From positions 31,992,001 through 32,056,000 of the forward strand of contig OX597833.1 in NCBI GenBank assembly GCA_951406725.2: a DNA stretch of 64,000 nt. Reading direction: 5' to 3'. Numbering within the stretch: the stretch's first letter is position 1; each line of letters opens with the position of its first letter. The stretch comes from Octopus vulgaris (lineage: Eukaryota). The translations under genes and the position numbers were made by a program. The notes beneath the pieces are model-generated. The model did no database searches and was not told where the DNA came from. It saw only the letters and a list, made by a program, of their open reading frames with translations. Positions 13,690 to 25,900 of the stretch are shown here, in pieces.

Positions 13690-14545
13690 TGGGGTCGTAT
13701 AAAAAATAAAGGTGGGCATAACTTTTTTAATCAACTGAGATAAGTCGTTCAAATTGCACGTGGTGGTAGAGTAACTTTCTTTCAGCTCTTCATTGCAGGC
13801 AAGTAATTGATTCCAAACAGAAGCAGGATGGCGTCTTTGAATTTTTGTCGAAGAGGGATTGCAGGCTCTACGACATCGACAAAGAGCTTATAGTTTGCTT
13901 ACGGGGATGACACTATTGATAAGAACAATTTGCACAGACGAATGAAGTTAAACGAAGAAGCCAGCGTTGATGACAAATCACTATCATGAATTGTCAGCGA
14001 GCGGACGAAGAGCTTTGCGCGAACGGACGAGTCATAATTCGTCGTTACACAATTGGATTGTTATCATAATGCATTTCAGAAAATGAGAGACGACTTTGGA
14101 TGTTGAGAAAATGTAGGTACCTCAACCGTTGTCATTCTATTTGATGGAAACAAGAGTGGAAGTTTGCTTTGATTAGCTGAAAGCACCTGAAGCCAATAAC
14201 GATAGTTTTTTTCCCCCTATCTGATGATAAGAGATGAGACATGGGTGTACCTTTATGACCCGGAAACGAAGGCTCAGTTTATGGAATGGTATCACACCTC
14301 TTCTCCGAGGTTTAAAGAGTTCAATATCTAGCGTTCAGTGAAAGGTGTGGTGTCTGTCTTGGGAGATAAGGGCTCCAATCTCGTTGATTTTGTGGAAAAT
14401 GGCTGTAATGTGAACAGTTAGCGATGCAGCCTCGTTGATACACTAAAAAATAGTTTAGAGAAAACAAAAGGAAGAAGAAACCAAACAAGAGACCAAAATA
14501 AGTCATAACATTTTTGTGTTACTTCCCGTATAAACCTCACACGTA
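13690..14545 (+). mobile_element. Highly decayed mariner transposon
   Basis: 14234-14310 translates DETWVYLYDPETKAQFMEWYHTSSPR, the mariner first catalytic D motif. The rest is frameshifted and deleted; TIRs are only weakly recognisable. Confidence 0.65.
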
Positions 14546-14623
14546 TTGTGTTTATTAAATAATATTTATCTCTCAACAGATGGAGTACTTTTTTCGTTGA
14601 TTTTACCATCACGGAACAGTACA

Positions 14624-14665
<42 letters not shown>

Positions 14666-14688
14666 GCATATATACATACATATATATA

Positions 14689-14809
<121 letters not shown>

Positions 14810-14980
14810 AGAAAGTTGGTTTGTGAAAGCACGTGGGTGAATATATAGAAAATAGTAAAGAGTGAAAAAACTACAGAAGGCTTAAATGTTAAAAAATATA
14901 TATATATTTGCGTCAATATGTCTGAAGAATATTAGAAAATTAAAAAAAACATTTTTTTCTCTCATAATGACATAATTTAA

Positions 14981-15019
14981 AAGAAAGACCGGTTTCGCGT
15001 GTAGCTTTTCAAATTTCTT
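14981..15019 (-). ncRNA. Minimal type I hammerhead variant (U3-A8) in the PLE 3' region
   Basis: Minus strand AAGAAA-T-TTGAAAA-GC-TACAC-GC-GAAA-CCGG-TC-TTTCTT: 6 bp stem I (with one bulged U), 2 bp stem II, palindromic stem III. Lies ~110 nt after the GIY-YIG stop codon. Confidence 0.55.
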
Positions 15020-15128
15020 GCGACGTTATGTTTATGTTGAATAGAGTTATCGTTATGTTTATGTTCAGAAGAGTTCTAAATAAGGGAAGGTAGTGAGTGA
15101 TTTCTTCCGGTGTAAGGGAGATAATCGC

Positions 15129-16414
15129 TTAACATTTTTTTCCTTTCCCTTGGTGTGAATTTCTCTGTATCAGTATGTTCGGATGGTTGAGTCTGGGCTT
15201 GTACTTTTCAATGAAGAATGTTTCCTTGTTTAGTCTAATTTGTGTTGATGATCCGAAAGCACATTGGTAAAATGGAAAGATTAAAAATTGTGGTAGTAGT
15301 TGTTTTGCGCATTTCTCAATGTGCTCACTAAAAGGTATCATTCTATATTCTGGGAATGCAATCTGTTGTCGATGCAGTGTGCATCTACGTCTGAGTGATA
15401 GTCCCGTGGAACCCACGTAGTCTTGGTGGCATCCCGAGCATTTTATGACATAAATTATGTTTTCAGAGGCACAAGTAAAGTTAGATTTGATCTTGAAATT
15501 CTGTCCCTCTTTAAAGAGGAATTCTGATCCTTCTAGCAGGTTAGGACATGTTGCACAGTTCGATCTACCACATTTTTTACTTTTGCATCCGTAATTTCAG
15601 AAGACAATTTTGCCTTTGTGAGAATCTTTTAAAGTGATTTAGGCTGTTTGTAGCTTTTAATGATTTGGTGTATGTTTAGAATTTCCTTTAATTTGGGGTC
15701 TTTATGAAGTATTGGTAAATTCTGGGTGATGATGGTGAAGGCTTCTTTGTTTCTGGGGTTGTATGTAGATATGTAAGGTAGTATTTTCGGGGAAGGTGTG
15801 TTGTTGTGTTGAACTTTTCTTAAAGTTTCTATGTTGATTTTTGTTGCACGTCTGATCCCATCCTCTATGAGTTGAGCTGGGTAATGTCTGTCAATTAGGG
15901 TGTTTTTGAGTTCTTGCAGTCTAAAGTTCCTGGTATTTTGTTCTGACACTATTGTGCATATCCTTCTTGCAAGGTTGAAGGGGATGTTTGTTTTAGTGTG
16001 TCTTGGGTGGCATGAATTAAAAAGAAGGTATTGTTTGGCGTCTGTGGCTTTGTAAAAAATGTCTGTTTCTATTTTGAGGTTAATTTTTTTAATTAGTATA
16101 TCCAAGAACGGGAGCTCATTTTGGTTGTATTCCATTGTGAACTGTATATTTGGGTTTATGCTGTTCAATAGGTTTTTAAATTTTAGGAGTTTATCTGTGT
16201 TCTCATTCCAGAGAATAAAACAATCGTCTAAGAATCGTTTCCAATTCTCTTTTATGTATTGAGAGAGGGGGTTTCCAAAGATTGATAAAGATTCCTGGTA
16301 AATGATTATTTCCATGTATCCCATTGTTAGGTTCGCAATGACTGGTGCTGCCCATAGCAATTCCGGGTTTTTGACGGTAAAATGTATTGTCAAACATGAA
16401 GTGGTTATTGTGTA

Positions 16415-16416
<2 letters not shown>
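15129..16416 (-). pseudogene. Penelope-like retroelement (Neptune-type): RT C-terminal half plus GIY-YIG endonuclease, 5'-truncated with frameshifts and stops
   Basis: RT motifs FYRQKPGIAMG, WKRFLDDCF, LPFLDI and FYKATDAKQYLLFNSCHP; Cys linker CGRSNCATC; endonuclease FTCASENIIYVIKCSGCHQDYVGSTG...RCTLHR...KETFFIEKYKPRLN. Confidence 0.9.
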
Positions 16417-16506
<90 letters not shown>

Positions 16507-16912
16507 GTATGTATGTATCCAAGAGTTAAGGAATAGAGTAGATAAAATCCGGGTTACATATGTTTCATAGCGAGCGGAACCTCGGTAGTGGTAAATATCC
16601 AAGCAAGGTGTATACACGGCAATCCCCGGTAAACCTAACTGCCTATCGTTAAATATAAAATAATTTTTTTCAGCTTATCGTACTTCGATACGGTGAAAAT
16701 CCACAACCTTCCGCTCATATAAACCACTACTGTTCCTGAAAGTTATTTGTTTTTATATTTTCTACGAATTGCTTGAAGCTCACTTTCTTCCTAGACCTCG
16801 ATCCATAGATCTTACATATACATACATGTATGTATGTATGTATGTATGTATGTATGTATGTATGTATGTATGTATGTATGTATGTATGTATGTATGTATG
16901 TATGTATGTATG

Positions 16913-16974
<62 letters not shown>

Positions 16975-16977
<3 letters not shown>

Positions 16978-17673
16978 AGAGTTTACGAAAAAAAAAACAA
17001 AAGACGAAGACAGGTGGTGTACAAAACAAACAGATGTATTGTGTGTAGTGGCTAACGATCTATCATGGCGACTGACTTCGGACAGAAGGGTCACACACGA
17101 GAGGCAAGAAGTAGAGGAGATAACAAAGTAAAGATGACCCCCAACACGAAGGTGCGTGTGTGTATAAGAGAGTATGTATGTGCGTGTGAAAGAGAGCTGG
17201 TGGTATGGACGTGTGCGTGTATGTATGTGTAGGTGTGAAGATGTGGGGATGGGTGTGTGGGTGGTGTGATGTGATGTGATATGTAATGTTGCATGGTGTA
17301 GTGTGGTGTGGTGTGATGTTGTTGGGAGGTGGGGGAGGTGAGAGTGGGGAAAGCCCGGGTGGGGTGTGGGTTCGGTTGGGGTAGAGTTGGAGTTTGTGGG
17401 TAGGCAGAGGGTGGGGGTAGAGGTGGGGTATGTGGGAGAGGGTGTGTGGGATAGGATGGGTGATGGGATGGATGATGGGAAGGCGGAGTAGGAATGTGTG
17501 GGGCTGGGTGAGCTTATGAGAGGAGGGGAAGGTGGGTATGTGAGGAGAGAGGGGAGGAGAGCGTAGGCTCGAAATGTAAAAGACTTTTTCTATTCCTGAG
17601 CGTTATAGTAATACATCTGTTTGTTTTGTACACCACCTGTCTTCGTCTTTTGTTTTTTTTCGTAAACTCTCCC
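16975..17673 (+). mobile_element. PLE-like element with ~65 bp terminal inverted repeats and G/T-rich interior
   Basis: 16975-17040 is the reverse complement of 17610-17673. Contains a partial HHR motif GAGCGTAGGCTCGAAATGTAAAAGA near 17558; flanked by TA repeats. Confidence 0.65.
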
Positions 17674-17832
17674 TATATATCACATGCTCAAGTGGTCGCA
17701 CATGTTGATCCTGTCATTTCTTACCACACACGAACTTCTCCACTGGACTCTCTATCTACTCTTTATGGATTCTCGTTTGGACATTTACTCTCCTACCTAC
17801 GGATCACTGTTGACTCTACTCTTGATGCGAAA

Positions 17833-18719
<887 letters not shown>

Positions 18720-18720
<1 letters not shown>

Positions 18721-21700
18721 GTAGCGAATCTTGCATACATGAAGCGGATTCGATCCAACATAGCAAAATTTAAATCAACACTGTTACAGAACTTTTCCCA
18801 CGATGGAACAATGGTTTTTCTCTAACAGCAGTTTTACATTTCCCAGATGCCATTAGCTAGGCCAAAATAATGTCTTCACCACTTGACTCTTTCTAACCTC
18901 TTCTACTTCACCAAAAGCTAGAATAGATAACAAGATCACCAACTAAATCTATTGTTCTCAATGATATATCTATCCTTCTGGATCTTAATATAAGCAAGCA
19001 CATCCCAAGCAAAAATCAGTTTAGTCACCAGCAGGTGACGACAACTCAACCAGTCAGTCACATCGTGACGACTCAACGAGGTCTGGCTGACCAACCTTGG
19101 TCAGAGGAAGAAATGAAGTTTATTGTCAGACAACACGGCCTGAGGAAAAAGAAAGACAACGTCCCACACTCTCTCACTCTCACTAGCTCCAAATCTGTTC
19201 CTTTACAACATCATGCTATCTCTCTCTGTAATTACTACTAACAATTTGTGTACGCCAAACCAAGCACAAAAAATTCTCCCACATCTAACTTAACTTTTGC
19301 ATGCTTTTGGATTTATCAACCTGCCCGTCGAGGTAAAGTATTGTAACGTAACGGTAAATAAATATTTCCTTAAACTTCATGTACTTTGATCTTTCGCATC
19401 CTACAACATACAACTGCTGTCTCTGATAAATCATAACATTGCATTACTAATCAAATTAAGACCGTTACATCTGGTGACCCTGTAAAAAAAAAAAAGAATT
19501 CGCTGCCTTCTGAAATTGCATTACCAACCGTTACAAACTGGCAACTCCAACGTTGCACCATAACAGGCTACAGAAATTAAACTTCATCGCTTACAACTAG
19601 TGTAAAGATGCTACATGCAGCTGCATTTTCGCTGACATCGTTGCTAAACGAAAGGAAAAATAATGACAACCTTCGTCATCATCAAGATGCACCTTCCAGC
19701 AACCCGCTACAGAGAGCACTATACTGCAATGCAATCTACGATGCACTACACAACAATGCAACACTGCACAAGATTTTCGCCGACCATGAAAGCCTATAAC
19801 AGCATCATTTCAACAGCTTCATGCCCAGAAACTAACTGGAAGAAATTACGGAAGCCCGCACATGCAACATTTTCGGCACACTCACGCTTTTCGTCTCGTC
19901 CTGACGTACAAACCCTGCATTGTCTATGAACTTTTGCACGTACATAAGACTCTCGCATAGACTTTCAACAACTTTTTGTTTGCATGCATATCTTTTCACT
20001 TTCAGCTGAAGACTTTTAACAAAGGACACTATTTTCAGTTAAGTTTGTTATTTTCGCTTTTTCTATTGTTCTGTTTGCACTGCACACTTTCAACTGTTTA
20101 CGAGTTACCCAAATTCCGCGATGCACATATTCCGCAAAGCACACATTGCGCGATGCCCATTCCGCAATGCACAAATTCTGCGATGCACATATTCCGCGAA
20201 GCACACATTGCGCGATGCACATTCCGCAATGCACACATTCCGTGATGCACATATTCCGCGAAGCACACATTGCGCGATGCACATTCTACGATGACTCGTT
20301 TCACTAAAACAGCTAAATTCATGTGCATATATTTTTGAAGGCTCATTATCATTATTCATACTTTGCATGTACCCTCTTTTTCATTCACCTTGAAAATGTT
20401 TGTATTTTTGTGTACACACACACATGCACCTTTCCTCAGCCTGGCCTTACGCACGCATCTGCACACATGGTTCATACACACACAAATGCTATCTCTGTCA
20501 CATTCATGCACCACACTTTCTCGCTTGTTTTCCATGCTCAATGCGCCCTTGTAGACACAACTCATCTCTGTAAGACCCTAGGTCGATCACGTATACATAG
20601 AGAAAGTTTTGTGTCCCTCACAATGCGCCAGCATGCCACACTTTTGCTCCTGCACGATCGAAGCATATAATACTTCATGCATCGGCTAACACCCTCAGCC
20701 TTACTGCATTTATCACTGGCATATTCAATACTGTACACTGTATTGTATGCATCTACTGCCTTATTTTGCAATTCGTCTGCATCAGCTCAATTCTTCTCCC
20801 GACTCGAAGCACGTCGGATGATCACATGCTCTGCGCTCATGTTTAGACATAATTTATCTCTGTTAGACCCCTGTTTGGTCACGTAATTAACAGAGCAAAT
20901 TATCTGTCTCGCGCATCACTCCAGCATGCTTACAATGTCGTCCTTGCTATCTCAGCAATTAACCACAACAGTACCGGACGCATTTCACTGCTCAAAAACA
21001 TTCCAAGGCATTTACCATGCATTTCTTTTTTTCCTTCGATCGTTCGTTTCCTTACCAGGAAGCTCACTAGCGGGGGAGTGTGCGTAGCGAATCTTGCATG
21101 CATGAAGCGGATTCGATCCAGCATAGCAACATTTAAATCAACACTGTTACAGAACTTTCCCCACGATGGAACAATGGTTTTTCTCTGACAGCAGTTTTAC
21201 ATTTCCCAGATGCCATTAGCTAGGCCAAAATAATGTCTTCACCACTTGACTCTTTCTAACCTCTTCTACTTCACCAAAAGCTAGAATAGATAACAAGACC
21301 ACCAACTAAATTTATTGTTCTCAATGATATATCTATCCTTCTGGATCTTAATATAAGCAAGCACATCCCAGGCAAAAATCAGTTTAGTCACCAGCAGGTG
21401 ACGACAACTCAACCAGCCAGTCACATCGTGACGACTCAACGAGGCCTGGCTGACCAACCTTGTAGTTTCTGTCAGCAACTTGAGACAACACCTAACAATT
21501 CTCTCTAGCTCTAATTCTGTTATCTTACAACATCATTCTATCGCTATCTGTGAATTACTACTATCTATTCGTATACGTAAAACTATGTAAAGAAACATTC
21601 TACCGCAGCAAACTTAACTTTCGCATGCTTTTGGATGTATCAACCTGCCCGTCGAGGCAAGGTATTGTAACGTAACAGTAAATAAATATTTCTTTAAACT

Positions 21701-21740
21701 TCATGCACTTTGTTCTTTCACATCTTACAACATGCAGCCA
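18720..21740 (+). mobile_element. Non-autonomous LTR retroelement (Gypsy-like). 5' LTR 18720-19469, 3' LTR about 21083-21740 (3'-truncated)
   Basis: TG...CA bounded LTR; PBS TGGTGACCC at 19472, compatible with the tRNA-Trp 3' end; purine tract AGCGGGGGAG before the second LTR; long direct repeat; no gag/pol ORF in the 1.6 kb interior. Confidence 0.85.
20112..20292. repeat. Minisatellite of 14-17 bp units (ATTCCGCGATGCACAT-like) inside the LTR element
   Basis: About 11 degenerate units read directly. Confidence 0.85.
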
Positions 21741-21758
21741 TAATAACAATAACATTTA

Positions 21759-21932
<174 letters not shown>

Positions 21933-21973
21933 GAGCAGTTACTATTTATATCTCGTTTAGAGAATTATTATTG

Positions 21974-22015
<42 letters not shown>

Positions 22016-22363
22016 TGCAGGTCCAGTATGGAAGGCTTTCGGATTGAGCCTTTGTGATGCGGATACAACTCCTTAATTGTCTTTAAATAATGGCTAGTGC
22101 GAGCACAGAGAGCACAGTCAGATGGGTGAGCTAGCACCGACCGACAGTAGAGGGCTAGCATTAAATTCAATCGGAGGAGTGAGCAGAGTAGGCAGGGTAA
22201 GCAGCATTGATTCCGAAGGTGGGGCCAGAACGGAGGTCGGGTGGTGCGGAGGAGGGTTAAAAGTTGTAGGAGTGGTGGGATTGGCAGGGTTAATTCCGTT
22301 TCCATCGGTGGGGCTAGGACGAAGGACGGGTGGTGGGGAGAATTGTATATATATGTATATATA

Positions 22364-22597
22364 TTTCTTTATTGGTTAGCCCACAGGGGGCTAACCATAG
22401 AGGTGACAAACAAGGACAGACAAAGGGATTAAGTCGATTACATCGACCCTAGTGCGCAACTGGTACTTATTTAATCGACCCCGAAAGGATGAAAGGCAAA
22501 GTCGACCTCGGTGGAATTTGAACTCATAACGTAAAGACAGACAAAATTCCGCTAACCATTTCGCCCAGTGTGCCAAGGTTTCTGCCAGCTCGCCGTC
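22364..22597 (-). mobile_element. Family-B SINE, full length
   Basis: Aligns end to end with 3617-3835 and 60192-60420. Confidence 0.85.
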
Positions 22598-22607
22598 TTT
22601 GTATATA

Positions 22608-22698
<91 letters not shown>

Positions 22699-22700
<2 letters not shown>

Positions 22701-22940
22701 TCATCATCATCATCATCGTTTAACGTCCGTTTTCCGCGCTAGCACGGGTTGGACGGTTTCGACCGGGGTCTGGGGAGCTCGGGACTGCCCCAGGCTCCAG
22801 TCTAGTCTGGCAGTGTTTCTACAGCTGGATGCCCTTCCTAACGCCAACCACTCCGCGAGTGTAGTGGGTGTTTTTTACGTGCCACCTGCACAGGTGCCAG
22901 AGGGGTCTGGCATCGGCCACGTTCGGATGGTGCTTTTTAT
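22699..22940 (-). mobile_element. RTE-like LINE/SINE 3' end with (GAT)n tail
   Basis: (CAT)n on the + strand followed by TTTCTACAGCTGGATGCCCTTCCTAACGCCAACC, a motif typical of RTE-related 3' ends. Truncated where the satellite begins. Confidence 0.55.
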
Positions 22941-25900
22941 GGGGGGGGTGCAGAAATATAGGGGAGCACCAGTGGGAGGGGTGGTTCAGAGGACAGGTAC
23001 TAGGCAAGTAGAACGTAGGATATCGAGAGAGGGGTAATGCATGGTGAAATAGCGTATTGAAGAGGGGGGTTCAAAGAGTAGACACCTATAATGGTGGTGG
23101 GGGGGTGCAGAAATATAGGGGAGCACCAGTGGGAGGGGTCGTGCAGAGGAAAGGTTCTAGGCAAGTAGAACGTAGGATATCGAGAGAGGGGTAATGCATG
23201 GTGAAATAGCGTATTGAAGAGGGGGGTTCAAAGAGTAGACACCTATAATGGTGGTGGGGGGGTGCAGAAATATAGGGGAGCACCAGTGGGAGGGGTGGTT
23301 CAGAGGACAGGTTCTAGGCAAGTAGAACGTAGGATATCGAGAGAGGGGTAATGCATGGTGAAATAGCGTATTGAAGAGGGGGGTTCAAAGAGTAGACACC
23401 TATAATGGTGGTGGGGGGTGCAGAAATATAGGGGAGCACCAGTGGGAGGGGTGGTTCAGAGGACAGGTTCTAGGCAAGTAGAACGTAGGATATCGAGAGA
23501 GGGGTAATGCATGGTGAAATAGCGTATTGAAGAGGGGGGTTCAAAGAGTAGACACCTATAATGGTGGTGGGGGGTGCAGAAATATAGGGGAGCACCAGTG
23601 GGAGGGGTGGTTCAGAGGACAGGTTCTAGGCAAGTAGAACGTAGGATATCGAGAGAGGGGTAATGCATGGTGAAATAGCGTATTGAAGAGGGGGTTCAAA
23701 GAGTAGACACCTATAATGGTGGTGGGGGGTGCAGAAATATAGGGGAGCACCAGTGGGAGGGGTGGTTCAGAGGACAGGTTCTAGGCATGTAGAACGTAGG
23801 ATATCGAGAGAGGGGTAATGCATGGTGAAATAGCGTATTGAAGAGGAGGGGTTCAAAGAGTAGACACCTATAATGTGGTGGTGGGGGGGGGGCAGAAATA
23901 TAGGGGAGCACCAGTGGGAGGGGTGGTTCAGAGGACAGGTTCTAGGCAAGTAGAACGTAGGATATCGAGAGAGGGGTAATGCATGGTGAAATAGCGTATT
24001 GAAGAGGGGGTTCAAAGAGTAGACACCTATAATGGTGGTGGGGGGTGCAGAAATATAGGGGAGCACCAGTGGGAGGGGTGGTTCAGAGGACAGGTTCTAG
24101 GCAAGTAGAACGTAGGATATCGAGAGAGGGGTAATGCATGGTGAAATAGCGTATTGAAGAGGGGGTTCAAAGAGTAGACACCTATAATGGTGGTGGGGGG
24201 GTGCAGAAATATAGGGGAGCACCAGTGGGAGGGGTGGTTCAGAGGACAGGTTCTAGGCAAGTAGAACGTAGGATATCGAGAGAGGGGTAATGCATGGTGA
24301 AATAGCGTATTGAAGAGGGGGGTTCAAAGAGTAGACACCTATAATGGTGGTGGGGGGTGCAGAAATATAGGGGAGCACCAGTGGGAGGGGTGGTTCAGAG
24401 GACAGGTTCTAGGCAAGTAGAACGTAGGATATCGAGAGAGGGGTAATGCATGGTGAAATAGCGTATTGAAGAGGGGGTTCAAAGAGTAGACACTTATAAT
24501 GGTGGTGGGGGGGTGCAGAAATATAGGGGAGCACCAGTGGGAGGGGTGGTTCAGAGGACAGGTTCTAGGCAAGTAGAACGTAGGATATCGAGAGAGGGGT
24601 AATGCATGGTGAAATAGCGTATTGAAGAGGGGGTTCAAAGAGTAGACACCTATAATGGTGGTGGGGGGTGCAGAAATATAGGGGAGCACCAGTGGGAGGG
24701 GTGGTTCAGAGGACAGGTTCTAGGCAAGTAGAACGTAGGATATCGAGAGAGGGGTAATGCATGGTGAAATAGCGTATTGAAGAGGGGGGTTCAAAGAGTA
24801 GACACCTATAATGGTGGTGGGGGGGGTGCAGAACTATAGGGGAGCACCAGTGGGAGGGGTGGTTCAGAGGACAGATTCTAGGCAAGTAGAACGTAGGATA
24901 TCGAGAGAGGGGTAATGCATGGTGAAATAGCGTATTGAAGAGGGGGGTTCAAAGAGTAGACACCTATAATGGTGGTGGGGGGTGCAGATATATAGGGGAG
25001 CACTAGTGGGAGGGGTGGTTCAGAGGACAGGTACTAGGCAAGTAGAACGTAGGATATCGAGAGAGGGGTAATGCATGGTGAAATAGCGTATTGAAGAGGG
25101 GGGTTCAAAGAGTAGACACCTATAATGGTGGTGGGGGGTGCAGAAATATAGGGGAGCACCAGTGGGAGGGGTGGTTCAGAGGACAGGTTCTAGGCAAGTA
25201 GAACGTAGGATATCGAGAGAGGGGTAATGCATTGTGAAATAGCGTATTGAAGAGGGGGGTTCAAAGAGTAGACACCTATAATGGTGGTGGGGGGGTGCAG
25301 AAATATAGGGGAGCACCAGTGGGAGGGGTGGTTCAGAGGACAGGTTCTAGGCAAGTAGAACGTAGGATATCGAGAGAGGGGTAATGCATGGTGAAATAGC
25401 GTATTGAAGAGGGGGTTCAAAGAGTAGACACCTATAATGGTGGTGGGGGGTGCAGAAATATAGGGGAGCACCAGTGGGAGGGGTGGTTCAGAGGACAGGT
25501 TCTAGGCAAGTAGAACGTAGGATATCGAGAGAGGGGTAATGCATGGTGAAATAGCGTATTGAAGAGGGGGGTTCAAAGAGTAGACACCTATAATGGTGGT
25601 GGGGGGGGTGCAGAAATATAGGGGAGCACCAGTGGGAGGGGTGGTTCAGAGGACAGGTTCTAGGCAAGTAGAACGTAGGATATCGAGAGAGGGGTAATGC
25701 ATGGTGAAATAGCGTATTGAAGAGGGGGGTTCAAAGAGTAGACACCTATAATGGTGGTGGGGGGTGCAGAAATATAGGGGAGCACCAGTGGGAGGGGTGG
25801 TTCAGAGGACAGGTTCTAGGCAAGTAGAACGTAGGATATCGAGAGAGGGGTAATGCATGGTGAAATAGCGTATTGAAGAGGGGGGTTCAAAGAGTAGACA

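Noticed and set aside
16545-16680. GAAACATATGTA palindromic stem III on the minus strand
   Set aside because: No matching CUGANGA with a complementary stem I could be found.
19139-19170. CTGAGGA-AAAA-GAAA in the 5' LTR
   Set aside because: No stem II or stem I pairing; a chance match.
22016-22345. Pro/Thr-rich reading frame on the minus strand between TA tracts
   Set aside because: It contains in-frame stops, has no recognisable domain and no clear splice sites; likely an unclassified repeat fragment.
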